Under the pieces are notes generated by a model. It worked only from the letters and a program-made list of their open reading frames with translations, was not told where the DNA came from and searched no databases. The position numbers and the translations under genes were made by a program. 64,000 nt of DNA from Eledone cirrhosa. Its lineage: Eukaryota. Positions 1 through 12,620 of the stretch are shown here, piece after piece; position 1 is the stretch's first letter, and the number at the start of each line of letters is the position of its first letter. The DNA lies in contig OZ024740.1 in assembly GCA_964016885.1 (NCBI GenBank), positions 178,994,001 through 179,058,000 of the forward strand. Reading direction: 5' to 3'.

Positions 1-319
1 ATACTGTTAAATTCTCATACTCTACATCAAACAATCACCAACAGAAAATAAGCAGCTACAACATTTATAAATTTAAAAATAATATGACCACACCACCACA
101 ACATAATTCAAATAAGACTGCACTTTTTAAAAGGACAATTAATACAATTCTTCAACCTGGAAAACACAACCACCCAAATTACCAACACAAAATCACAATA
201 TAACCCTAGCACTAAATCACCCACAAAGCAGCACTCATTCTCTCTCTAACACTAATTACAATAACAATAGCTCCAGGATTAATGAGAATTATGTAGGTAC
301 CTCCAACAACCATCTTACG

Positions 320-766
320 TATGGTTGTAATTGCAGAAATAGAAGCGTTAATAGAAGCCCCTTAAATGGCAACTGTTTGATTAATAATGTAATATATAAA
401 TGCACTGTGTCTACTACTGACTCCAACAAATCGTATATAGGATCTACATCGAACACATTTAAGAAAAGATATTACGCACACTCCAGTAGCTTTAATAATA
501 CTAAACTAGCTAACACCAGATCTTTAGCTGAAGAAGTAAATAACTATAAAAAGAAAAAAATAGATTTCAAGCTATCGTGGGATACCATTCTACAAAGAAC
601 TTTATATCTTGGGAACAGGAGAGAATGCAGATTATGTTCCGGAGAGATCTTGGAAATTACTAAATCTAAGGACGATTTATTGAATAAAAGACAAGAACTG
701 ATTATAGCTTGTAATCACCGTATACGAAAAACATTTAAGTACTATAAACCTAATTTAACATTCTAA
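320..766 (+). pseudogene. Penelope-like element C-terminal fragment: Cys linker plus GIY-YIG endonuclease
   Basis: Translation gives GCNCRNR..PLNGNCLINNVIYKCTV...YIGSTSNTFKKRYYAH...CRLCSGE...LLNKRQELIIACNH, the PLE GIY-YIG architecture. No RT in the window upstream. Confidence 0.85.
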
Positions 767-938
767 ATAGCAGCTCACTATAGTTCTGTGTGTACCTTTT
801 TGTTAGTATCCCCTTCTCCTAATTATACGCCTTCCTGTTAATTTGTTAGCCTTTTAATTTTTTTAGCTTCCATTCATTCATGCGTTACTGACTAAGGGCA
901 TCAAGCTACATAACCACCTGTAATTGCATGGTAACAGA

Positions 939-940
<2 letters not shown>

Positions 941-996
<56 letters not shown>

Positions 997-1165
997 ATAT
1001 GTGTATGTATGTGTGTGTATGTGTATGTACATGTATGTGTGTGTATGTATATATATATATATATATATATGTATGTTTGTGTATGTATATGTGTGTATAT
1101 ATGTATGTATGTGTGCGTTTATGTATGTATATGTGTATGTATATATCTATGTATGCGTATGTATG
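941..1165. repeat. Compound (TA)n/(TG)n/(TATG)n microsatellite
   Basis: Direct reading. Confidence 0.95.
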
Positions 1166-1410
1166 TTTTTAATAGTTTCTATGTAATTATGCCTCTATCT
1201 ATATATGATAGTATATGTACTTTTGTGATCTAAGAAAATTATACGTGTTGGCTATATGTCAACATGCATTTATCTGGGATTGATTACTTATACATAGACC
1301 CACTTGAAAATATTTACTATTTTATATTTTATGATACATCATACGCTATACTATACTATATACAATGTACCATAATGCACTATATTATATCGCATTATAT
1401 TATATTATAG

Positions 1411-1600
1411 GACGGTGGATTGGCAGTATCGGTAGAGGGTCGGACGCCATGCTTTGAAGCATAGAGTTAAGTCCCTTTACGATCTGAGTTCAAATCCCGC
1501 CGAGGTTGACTTTGCCTTTCATCCTTACGGGGTCGATAAAATAAAGTACCAGTAATGCACTGGGTAATTGATGGCCTTGTGCCTAGAGTAGAAACAATTA
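1411..1600 (+). mobile_element. tRNA-derived SINE, family A
   Basis: A-box-like TGGCAGTATCGG, B-box GAGTTCAAATCCC, central GCCTTTCATCCTTACGGGGTCGATAAAATAAAGTACCAG (resembles the Meta-domain of metazoan SINEs), AT-rich tail; more than 10 copies in window. Confidence 0.9.
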
Positions 1601-2099
1601 TATTATATTATTATATTATTATATTTTATTATCTTATTATAATTTTCATCTTTTAATATACTATCCTTCCTAGTTATGACCATTACTTTACCTATCTATA
1701 TTTATCTTAATTATTTCCGTATATTTTATATTTCTTCATTTATATTCACCTAAAAACTCCATACAAAACACAACTCAACATAATTTTTACATCCCTTTTT
1801 AAACTTCACTCCACCATCTACATTCCACTATCAATACAACAATCCCTTTTTTTCATAGGTTCTTCATAGTAATTCTATTTTTAACACCATTCAACCATTC
1901 CTTTCAAAAGATCATGACCTTAACTAAAGTGAGATATATTTCGTCCTAACATCATATGGCAAAACACCATTTCATTGGTTTGTTCTTCAGCTACCTCCAA
2001 ATAAGGTCATATAACTCAATTTACTATTGATTTTTAATAAGTGGAAGTGTAAGCGTGTGTGTGTGTGCGTGCGTGTGTGCGTGTGTGTGGGCGGGGGCT

Positions 2100-3017
2100 G
2101 TAAATATGGGGCTAGATGCTCTATCAAGTTATAAATTGGGTGTTGAGTTCTAGTCTATTATTGATTGGTGGTTGTGTTTTGTCTATACTGTATACGACGT
2201 AAGCCTGGTGGCATAGGTCTGTGTCGTTGATGGGGCAGTTGACTAGCCTGCAGCGGTTGTCATGTCTGGTGGAGTGTCTTTTGGTTAGCTGTCCGCGTAG
2301 AGAAGGACCTGAGTGGGCCAGTTGGATATCTAGTGCCTCTCGTCTGATAGCTCTGCGGATGGCTGTTGTTGTTTCGTCACTGAAGTGTGGGAGCTCCAGG
2401 AAGCAAGTGTTAGTGCCTCGGGTGTGGTGTCCTCTGTTCTTTCTGGCACGGTTTGTGGTGGATGTCGTGTATCCGTTCAGTTTGAGTACTTCCAGGAAAT
2501 GTGTGGTGTGTGTGTCTCGGTCTCTAGCGTCGGTGCATTTGTTCCGGATACGTGTAGCTCGTTCCTTATGTATCCAAACTTAGCACTGGCTGGGAGGGCC
2601 GATCTGAAATGTACGAACAGGTCCCTGCTGGCGGCTTTTTTATAGAAGCAAGTGTGGATGTTGCCTTCCTCTGTTACCCTGAGTTGGAAGTCCAGTAGGG
2701 ATAGGGATCCGCGGTCATCGGGGTGTTCCATGCTGAACTTTATACTGGCGTCCATGCTGGAGAATGTTGTGGATATTTTATCCGCCTCCTCACGGGATTA
2801 TGTAAGGATGAGTATGTCATCTACATATCGGGTAAAGAAGGTATGGGAATGCCAGGTGTTGAGGGCTCGGCATTCTAGCTGGTTCATATAGGTGATGGCC
2901 AGCAGGCCCGATAGCCTGGATCCCATGGGTAATCCTGTTGTCTGTCTGTATGTGTGGTCTGTATGTGTGGTGGTGGAACCTCCGAAGAAGAGATATTATC
3001 TCGAAAATTAAGGACAT
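2100..3017 (-). pseudogene. Penelope-like RT/thumb fragment, frameshifted, endonuclease internally deleted
   Basis: Minus strand reads QTTGLPMGSRLSGLLA, FFTRYVDDILI, IKFSMEHPDDRGSLSLLD, CFYKK, then CRLVNCP..DLCHQAYVVY joined directly to the C-terminal IDKTQPPINNRLEL. Confidence 0.85.
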
Positions 3018-3138
3018 TTAAATAAACCTAAGGTAAAAGACTAATTGTCAACAATATCTTTTGCATTTGCATTCTTTATTCTATGTCCATACCTGCATTG
3101 TTTTGGCTTTATTATACATATACAAACGTTTATATATA

Positions 3139-3600
3139 TATTGTTGTAATTTGGGACGGTCATGCTGCCAATAAAATCACACCCACCTGTTGGTTTTCAT
3201 TTCAATTTACTATAAGTTTCCGGTCAGTTGGTTGATTCGATTTCGATAACCGGAAGGTTGTTTATATATTGTCAAAGCACTTTCGTCACACATTCTGTGA
3301 CCTCCTCAGTAACTAGGTTTTTATTTTGTGTGTCCCTCCTTTGTTCTGTCCTACACTATCTTGGTTTTGAGTGTTGTGTGTTAAGTTTGCGCATGCCTTA
3401 CATCCGGGTTTGTGTGTTTTTATTTATTTATTGTTTTTTTTATGTGTTTATTTACTTGCCACAAGTTAGTTGTGTGTCTGATGTGTTTTGTTAATTGGGT
3501 TTTTGTGTGTGTCTGTATGTCTTTATTTTTTCATTGGTTACTAGTTGTGATGATGCTATTCCACTCATCTTTTCTGTTTAATTTTGGTTGGAGTACAGAT
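3139..3600 (-). mobile_element. Solo PLE pseudo-LTR/3' end, same family as 40927-42734
   Basis: Reverse complement aligns by eye with 42300-42734 (GGTCATGYTGCCAA terminus, TTTCGTCACACATTCTGTGACCTC). Confidence 0.85.
3271..3313 (-). ncRNA. Minimal type I hammerhead ribozyme in pLTR
   Basis: GTTA-CTGAGGA-G-GTCAC agaatgt GTGAC-GAAA-GTGC-TT-TGAC: core, stem II and stem I all present. Confidence 0.75.
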
Positions 3601-4121
3601 AAGAAATCTCGCAAAACAAATGTCGAAACGGCCGGAGCTCAGCCGTCGGGGTCCTGACTCTTTTCCTATATATATAGGAATATATAGGAATATATATATA
3701 TTTAATGAAGCAAAATCACAGTACGCATGTTTATGTTCCTGTTACATCAATAGATCATGATGTAAGACTTTTACGACGTCGTCAGTTGTAATTTGGAAAG
3801 ATTAGGTAATCAATCACAAGATTGCAGCAAACAAAAACAGAGAATAGACTTAATTCGGAGAAGGCCGGCAATTCGGTGTAATTGTTGCGACGAACCATCT
3901 CGGAATGGTAGACACTCAGCATTTAAATACGTATGGGGATTTTGTAACATTGACAAATATTTGGAATCCGGTCTTCTGTTGTCTTTTAAATATTTAACTC
4001 TGTTCCTGCACAAACCACGAGATACCACATCTATGATGGATAATCTGCATAATGTCAAATGCTTTAGCTTATTACACCATTGTTTGCTAACCGGAACGAC
4101 CAGATCCCCCTTTAGTGAAGC

Positions 4122-4176
<55 letters not shown>

Positions 4177-4481
4177 GTTATCATATACATAAAATTAAAT
4201 TAAAGATATATATATGTTGCAACTGATATATATATATGTTGCAACTGATATATATATATGCGTGTTGTGTGCGTGTGTGTGCGTGTGTGTGCGTGTGTGT
4301 GCGTGTGTGCGTATGTGTGTATGTATGCGTGTGTGCGTGTGTGTATATGTATGTGTGTGTGTGTGTATGTGTGTATGCATGTATGTATGTATGTAAAAGG
4401 TGAACAAAAATAACAAAACGCTACCGGCACAGTGCATGGAAGAAATGTATTAGTTTAACGCTTGAAATAGTAGGAAAACAG

Positions 4482-4517
4482 TCTTAACATTTCAGACACT
4501 AGTCCTTCATCAGAAAT
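4482..4517 (-). ncRNA. Minimal type I hammerhead ribozyme
   Basis: ATTT-CTGATGA-A-GGAC tagt GTCT-GAAA-TG-TT-AAGA; homolog at 50246-50281 shares the downstream CCTACTATWTCAAGCGTT. Confidence 0.75.
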
Positions 4518-4728
4518 AGATGATAAATAGAAAGTAAACAGTGATAATAGAGAGAAACGCGAGAAAATGTTGAAACAAAGCGGGAGAAATATATATATTC
4601 AAAATTATATACACAAATTAAATTAAGGATTGTCATGTCCGAGAGACATGCACCATATCCACTGTAGAATAAGCTCAAAGATTCCAATGAATAGATCCAA
4701 GCATTTTATATCAACTAGAAATTGATTG

Positions 4729-4848
<120 letters not shown>

Positions 4849-4991
4849 AATAAACACATGAAACACTCACAGGTAGGTAGGTAACTAATTAAACTTTAAT
4901 TAGATGTGTGTGCTTACATACTTTACAAATTATCCCCTATGATTGTTTTATGTGTTTACTTTAGATATATATATGTCAATCAATTTCTAGT

Positions 4992-5063
<72 letters not shown>

Positions 5064-5655
5064 ATAATAACAATAATAATGATTCAAGGGTAAGAGATTG
5101 TCTAGACAAATGTGTCCACATTACGAGCGTTTGAGTAGGTGCAATGATTTGAGAAGATCTGAGAGAAGAGTTATTATCAGATCGATTCTTAAAAACGGTA
5201 AAATTCCGAGATTTCAATATTCTATACATTCTCATGAGAGAAAGAGAAATGGAAGGAATCGTAAGATGAAACACACAATCCTCAGTAGAATGTTCATCTT
5301 ACTAAATGCATTATATACGACTAATCACTATATATTCTAAAAAGAATTTCAATATTTTATACACCAATGGATACATTTGTCTAGACAATACTTAAACTTG
5401 ATTTATTATGTTACTGCTCCTAATGAATATTCTTAAATTATATAATATTAGAGATGACTTTACGTTCTAATAGTGACTATGTTTAGCACTTTGGTTAACC
5501 TATACTTATTTGCTATTCTCACCTATAATTTTATATAGCTCTGATTAACTGGGGCTTCATATGCCCTAATATTAGATTATTTTCTGTAGTCAATTGACGG
5601 TGAAAGCTTCTAATTCGATTTCCAAAATATTCGTGCCTTATACACACACACATAG

Positions 5656-5786
<131 letters not shown>

Positions 5787-6124
5787 AATAGAGAGACACA
5801 AAGCAGGATTTGTTTAGAAACGACTAGCTAATATGAAGATTAGGTAGTAATAACGTGCTTATACCGTATTTGACTAAATAGACTTAGTCTGTTAGGATTT
5901 AAAAAAAACCCTCTGGAGGATGAGTACATATATATACATATATATATATATAAAATTGCAAGTTTGAAAAATTATTAGATAAAATATATACAGTCTTTAT
6001 ATTTTATCTAATAATTCTTCAAACTTGCAATTTTATATATAACTTATTTGCTTAATTAATTCTTCATTGAGCCACACCGTGAAAAGTAGCCAAACTCATA
6101 TATGTATCTGTGACTATGTCTAAT

Positions 6125-6800
<676 letters not shown>

Positions 6801-6806
<6 letters not shown>

Positions 6807-7431
6807 GACGTAAAATAAGAAAATTAAAAAAATTAACTTACTTACTAAAATTTCACTCCAACTAATTAGTTTCTGAAAGGGAATAAACATGGTTTCCGAA
6901 TGGAACACATGGAGAAGGCCTTTCGTCATCAGGAAGTCTATTCTCAGCTAAGTTCCCAGGCAATGCGTGGGAACAGGGAATTTATACAAAAATAATTTAG
7001 TGGATGGAAAAAAGCAAGCGTGGATTAAATTCCAAGATATTGAAAAAATCACTGCCTACTTGGTCGGTGGCAAATACAAAAGAATCAATCACGTGACATC
7101 GAGGTTAATCAGTGAGGAGTGAGGTGTTAAGAAGACAGTAGCCGAACTATTACTATGAACTATAGTAGCAGTTTTGGCAAATTTTTGCTCAACAAAATAA
7201 TTTGGAGATAATTATAAAGAATTAGTATATCTACCAACATATATATACAGGTGATAATAATAATTTTAATATAAAAATATAAAAATTTATAATTTTCTTA
7301 TTTTACGTCTTTCATATAATTGTTCTGCATCCCCTTGCATTGAACCACAAAGTTACTAAGACAAACCCTATATATTTGCTAGCATAGGTATGCATCTGTA
7401 TATATATGTTGGTAGATATACTAATTCTTTA
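6801..7431 (-). mobile_element. Non-coding PLE-type module with nested inverted termini, inside (TA)n
   Basis: 6801-6835 inverted at about 7285-7316; 7214-7249 inverted at about 7397-7431; contains a hammerhead. Confidence 0.65.
6855..6937 (-). ncRNA. Type I hammerhead with extended (about 52 nt) stem II
   Basis: ACTTC-CTGATGA-cGAAAGG...CCTTTCa-GAAA-CTAATTAG(palindrome)-TT-GGAGT. Confidence 0.7.
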
Positions 7432-7437
7432 TATATA

Positions 7438-7524
<87 letters not shown>

Positions 7525-7527
<3 letters not shown>

Positions 7528-7905
7528 AGCCTTCGTGAGCCCCTTTTTTTAAAGTAAAAAGTAATTCAAACACTCATATATGGAAAAACAACCTGATCAC
7601 CCCCGCCCCCCTTGTTTGAAGAACTTTGTGAGGCGAACTGGCGCGAAATTTATTATACTTATTGACCAACCAATCAAATTACTTCTCTAAAAACCTGGCG
7701 TTTCGAGCCATTTCTTTCCATATAAAACAAGTAACATTCAAATGCCAACCAGATGTGAGAAAAACTACAGTCCCTCCATCTTAACTCTACTTTTGAAAAG
7801 CAGAAGAACTGCAAAACCGGTAAAGGAACCAAATAAATATATATATATATTTTTAAATAAGACTCCAGTTGCATTTTCGATTTCATCTTTTTTTCTTTAT
7901 ATATA
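7525..7905. repeat. Unclassified interspersed repeat; inverted copy at 12620-12830
   Basis: About 145 bp near-identical in opposite orientation (7757-7900 vs 12684-12825), both flanked by (TA)n. Confidence 0.8.
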
Positions 7906-7995
7906 TATATATATATCCGGGAGCTTCCAACAGTAATGGTTGCATTCTTTAAGGGTATGTCAATATTTATCTATAAAACTGCTGTATATTATATT

Positions 7996-8049
7996 TTATC
8001 TGATGAAAGCACACCATAATTTAACTTGGTGTCCTTGAAATATGTATAA
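7996..8049 (+). ncRNA. Type I hammerhead motif between (TA)n tracts
   Basis: TTAT-CTGATGA-AAGcACACCA taatttaact TGGTGTcCTT-GAAA-TATG-T-ATAA; cleavage-site register is off by 1 nt. Confidence 0.65.
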
Positions 8050-8095
8050 TGAAATAAATATGGCTTTATGAATATAGTTTCCATTTGTTAATATC

Positions 8096-8228
<133 letters not shown>

Positions 8229-8309
8229 CATATATATATGTATATATACATATATATATATGTATATATATACATATATATACATAATTGAATGGGAGGA
8301 AGTATGGGT

Positions 8310-8485
8310 GGCGTGTTGGTGTAATGTTAACACATTGCTCCAGCAAACCAAAGAAGTGTGTTCGTGTCCCATGTACGTCAATACTGATCCTCTTTTTTCC
8401 ATTCAATGGTTCTTTTTAAATCCCAACTAACAGACTAATTCTGTTTAGTACAACATGGCATAAGCACATGTTACTACCTAATTAT
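8310..8485 (+). mobile_element. Degenerate tRNA-like head plus body (SINE-like); related body at 5835-5912 (-)
   Basis: GGCGTGT TGGTGTAATGTTAACAC ... GTGTGTTCGTGTCCCAT GTACGTC folds partly as a cloverleaf; body CTAACAGACTAA...TAAGCAC..TTACTACCTAAT shared with the inverted copy. Confidence 0.5.
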
Positions 8486-8493
8486 ATATATAC

Positions 8494-8524
<31 letters not shown>

Positions 8525-8526
<2 letters not shown>

Positions 8527-9485
8527 AGCATTAAAGCCCGGCGTTGCTCGGGGTCATTAAGTTACCAAAGTTAGGTTGCACCACCCATTTTATGGCAGCA
8601 CTTTTTTGTCTGCCAGGCACTGGGTGAATGAATTGCAGGCCTGGAAGCATGAGCTGCGCCAGCAGTGACAATTGTAGTTTCGCCTATGGATATTATCTCT
8701 GTGCAAAAAAGTGTTGAAATTTATTGTTTCACAGTACTTGCGCAACACGCGCGTAGACGATGCCAGCCGAACAACAGGGCTGTGATGGAGTTGTTCTGCA
8801 TGGTTGTCTGTGTGTTTTCTAAATTTAAGACAGTAGGGAGGGTTGTGATATGAGGGAGAGTTAGCTGTTGTTTCTAGCTGGTTTAGTGACCTCATAGAGG
8901 ATATGTGTTTTCTAAATTTAAGACAGTAGGGAGTGGTGTGATATGGGGGAGAGTTAGCTGCTGTTTCTAGCAGGTTTAGTGACATCATAGAAGATATGTT
9001 TTCTAAATTTAAGACAGTAGGGATGCGTTTGATACGGGGGAGAGTTAGCTGCTATTTCTAGCAGGTTTAGTGACCTCATAAAAGATATGTTTTCTAAATT
9101 TAAGACAGTAGGGAGGGGTGTGTTATGGGGGAGAGTTAGCTGCTGTTTCTAGCAGGTTTAGTAACCTCATAGAGGATATGTGTTTTCTAAATTTAAGACA
9201 GTAGGGAGTGGTGTGAACGGACAGTATCACCATCAACAAAGTATGAAGTTGTATAGATTTTGAATGGTAGTGGAAAGAGTTTAGCAGTTCAAATGACAGG
9301 GAAAAATCGTAAAATATTGAGTTTTATCTATTTTTTGCGTAATTGTGGGTGAAATTGAAAAAATTATCTGCGTCAAGACGCAATCGAAGCTATTTCGAAT
9401 ACTGAATTGTAAATTTCAAATGAAGAAATTCTATATCGTAGATTTCTATAACGAAGGAGCATGACCACACACTGAGCTTTATAGA
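8525..9485 (-). mobile_element. Non-autonomous Helitron with internal minisatellite
   Basis: Minus strand: A|TCTATAAAAGCT... 5' end and CCCG agcaacgc CGGG ...CTAG|T 3' end. Confidence 0.75.
8810..9215. repeat. About 92-bp tandem repeat, about 4.4 copies
   Basis: GTTTTCTAAATTTAAGACAGTAGGGA recurs at about 8814, 8907, 8998, 9089 and 9182. Confidence 0.9.
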
Positions 9486-9491
9486 TTATGA

Positions 9492-9558
<67 letters not shown>

Positions 9559-10289
9559 TGTGTGTGTGTGTGTGTGCGTGCGCGCACTCGCATCTATGTG
9601 CGTTTGTCCACATGTATGTGTGCTGAAGCTGGATTAAATGCTTAGCTGATTGAAATAAACATAACATTTCACCAATGACCTATTGTGTTAAATTCCATAA
9701 AGCTGACGATTACAAAAGACATGATAATCAAGATTTATTTTTATTTTTTATTTATACTTTTATTATTACTTTACTTTTTTTATTTTTAATTAAAACTTAT
9801 TTCTTTTAATTAAAATTCATCTCGGTTTTAACTAGTGTTTTAAATAATTTTTTTCATTTTGAATAAAACCTTAAATGCATCACACAAAAAAATCTATTTT
9901 TTTTTATTCTGCAATTGGCTTGTACTTCTATTAATAATTAAGAAAAGTAAAAGAAGACGAACAAAAATAAAATAAATCACACAGAAACAATTTGTGTAAT
10001 TAATTAATTATTTAATAAATGCTAACTGCAATTTCTCCTACGAGTTGAAATGCGTTAAATAGACAATGTGCATTCATTTAAACTACGGTTGAAACCTCGA
10101 GACGATAAATTATTATTAAAAAAAACACCAAATATATAACGAAAACAGACAAACTAAGCTAAAACGAAGCGAAACAACACAAGGTTTTGGTTTTAACCAC
10201 TTTCAAAAAGTACCATCTAGCCATTTCAATCCGCTGCTAGATAAATCATCAACAACTATATTCCGTGGTAACATCTTCTCTATTCTTTC

Positions 10290-10370
10290 CGCGGGACGGC
10301 CAGCGCGTGGGCCCCCATTTGCTCATAATAGTGAGAGATAGGGAGAACTGGAGAGACGAAGTCAGTGACA
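10290..10370 (+). mobile_element. LINE 3'-end fragment (RTE-like); related copy at 47770-47870 (-)
   Basis: Shared GGCCAGCRCGTGGG..CCCATTTGCTCA; reads RDRENWRD, like the RTE C-terminal DR..WR motif. Confidence 0.45.
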
Positions 10371-10436
10371 GTGGGGGTTGGTTACTTTGTGTTCGAACTT
10401 GGTGAATATGTATATATATTTTTTTACGCACCACTA

Positions 10437-10676
10437 TCTATAATATTATGAAACTGAGCGTCGTATGTATTTATTATGTATCTAAGTATCCTACATACCT
10501 CCCTATAGTTTCTTAGCTTTACTCTCTCCGTCGCTCTTCCCTCTCTCTATAATAGATCATTCCCCCTCTCTATAATTTAACTGCTTTACTCTCTCTGTCG
10601 CTCTTCACTCTCTATATGACAACACTGTTTTAGTTTTCGTATCTCCCTTCAATATATACACATAGAGAGAGAGAGA

Positions 10677-10740
<64 letters not shown>

Positions 10741-11144
10741 AAGAGAGAGGGTGAGAGAGAGAGAGAGACAGATAGAGAGAGAGACGGAGAGGGACCAGCA
10801 AGTGACTGGATTTCCAATGACGTTAAATCAAGTATCGGCATTAAAATAAGTTTGAAATAAACAATGTGTATGATCAAATATAGCTGTGATTGATAAATAA
10901 CGTTAATTTCCGTGGTATATCTTTCATCTGTCGTCGCTCGCATAAGTAACACACGCACACACACACAAATACACATACTTTCACACCTGATTTCGCCAAT
11001 TGCCGGATAACATCAAAACAAAACACACAGACACACGCATGCACATACACACATACACAAACACACATACACAAAGACACATACACACATATCTATACTT
11101 ATAAAGCTGACGGTCGTATATACCTAGCCGGACGGGCCAGCTTG
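10437..11144 (+). mobile_element. Composite non-autonomous Helitron with two 5' ends
   Basis: A|TCTATAATTATGAAACTGAGCGTCG at 10437, second TCTATACTTATAAAGCTGA at 11092, degenerate 3' end GGGCCAGCTTG|T; body matches 20081-20330. Confidence 0.6.
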
Positions 11145-11643
11145 TATACTATATTGGTTTTAGACGATTTTGTCTCCGCTAGCCATGTGTGGTTTGGATG
11201 GATACTACCCTGCTCGGATGATTAGTCATGGTCATCGACACATTTTTACATGCCAGTTTCATTTCCTCTGTCCAAGATTTCATGTACAAATGTTCCCCCG
11301 TTGGCTTAGTCATATCTACCTCCCAATGTAAATGGTTCGTATCCTGGTAATAATAGGTATGTCACCGAAACATAAACGAGTAGGATATCTTTAAATAAGC
11401 ACCACATGGGAGCAAGGCAACAAAGGAAATGTTGGTGATAATGATGATGAGGAGGAGGAAGAGAAGGAAGAGAAGAAAGATGAGTAGTAACTTAGGAGGG
11501 AGGAGAACAATGGTTATCGATGATGATGATGAGGGTAGTGATATTGTTTTCGAATTAGAGGAGGAGTAGATTGTAGTTTGTAATGATGATAGGAAAAAGG
11601 TACAGATAAGGTGAATAATGATGAGGTAGAAATGTTGATGATA

Positions 11644-11681
<38 letters not shown>

Positions 11682-12087
11682 AACGATGATGAGATGAGGC
11701 GGATAATCAAAAGAGTGATGATGATGATGATGATGATGATGATGGCGGTAGAGGCAGCAGGCGTGATGTTAGTGAAGGGTTGTATTTTAGGTTGTTTAAA
11801 TGTAGAATATCTACTCACACTCGTATTTCATTTATAATTTTGATTATATATTTGCTTTTTCGGGGGGGGGGGCAAAAACCATTGCTTAAGAACCATCTGT
11901 GAAATTTAAATTTGCAATCAACAAATCACAATTTCCAGTTCTCAATGTTTGGTAGGAGAAGTCGTTTGGTTAAGTCGTTGTGATAAAATCTAGTCGTAAG
12001 GAGATAAGTAACGCTTCCATATACATTCATTTTATTAAATCCCTAAAATCTTCCACATTAGCTGTTTACTTTTTACTTTTTATCTAC

Positions 12088-12146
<59 letters not shown>

Positions 12147-12392
12147 ACATATATATATACATATATATACGCACGCGCACACACACATACATACACAGAT
12201 ATATATTAACGAAATAGTGGTTCCGCCGTGTTTTTGACTAAGTAAATTAGCCTAATAGTTGGAACTATTAGGCTAATTTACTGAGTCAAAAATACGCGGA
12301 AGCTCTATTTCACTAATTTTCAAATTCTCCGCTGTTTGTAAACAAAGCTAATTTTCAAAACAACACTAAGCTCTGTATCTTTCTATACATAC

Positions 12393-12470
<78 letters not shown>

Positions 12471-12589
12471 CTGTATTTTTCATCGGAAAAAAAATTTTTG
12501 AATACATCTTCTCTTTTCATGATATTCGGATTACATTGAGTTCTTCATACGGATTGGACACTACCGTACATTTTGGTAGATTTATCTAC

Positions 12590-12620
<31 letters not shown>

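Noticed and set aside
3793-4120. Overlapping ORFs of 126-136 aa on both strands
   Set aside because: No recognisable motif; they run into (TA)n.
8310-8381. Functional tRNA gene (possible CCA anticodon)
   Set aside because: Anticodon stem does not pair and the T-arm is mismatched; better explained as a SINE head.
8810-9215. Repeat array as CRISPR
   Set aside because: No unique spacers, eukaryotic context, no cas genes; lies within Helitron termini.
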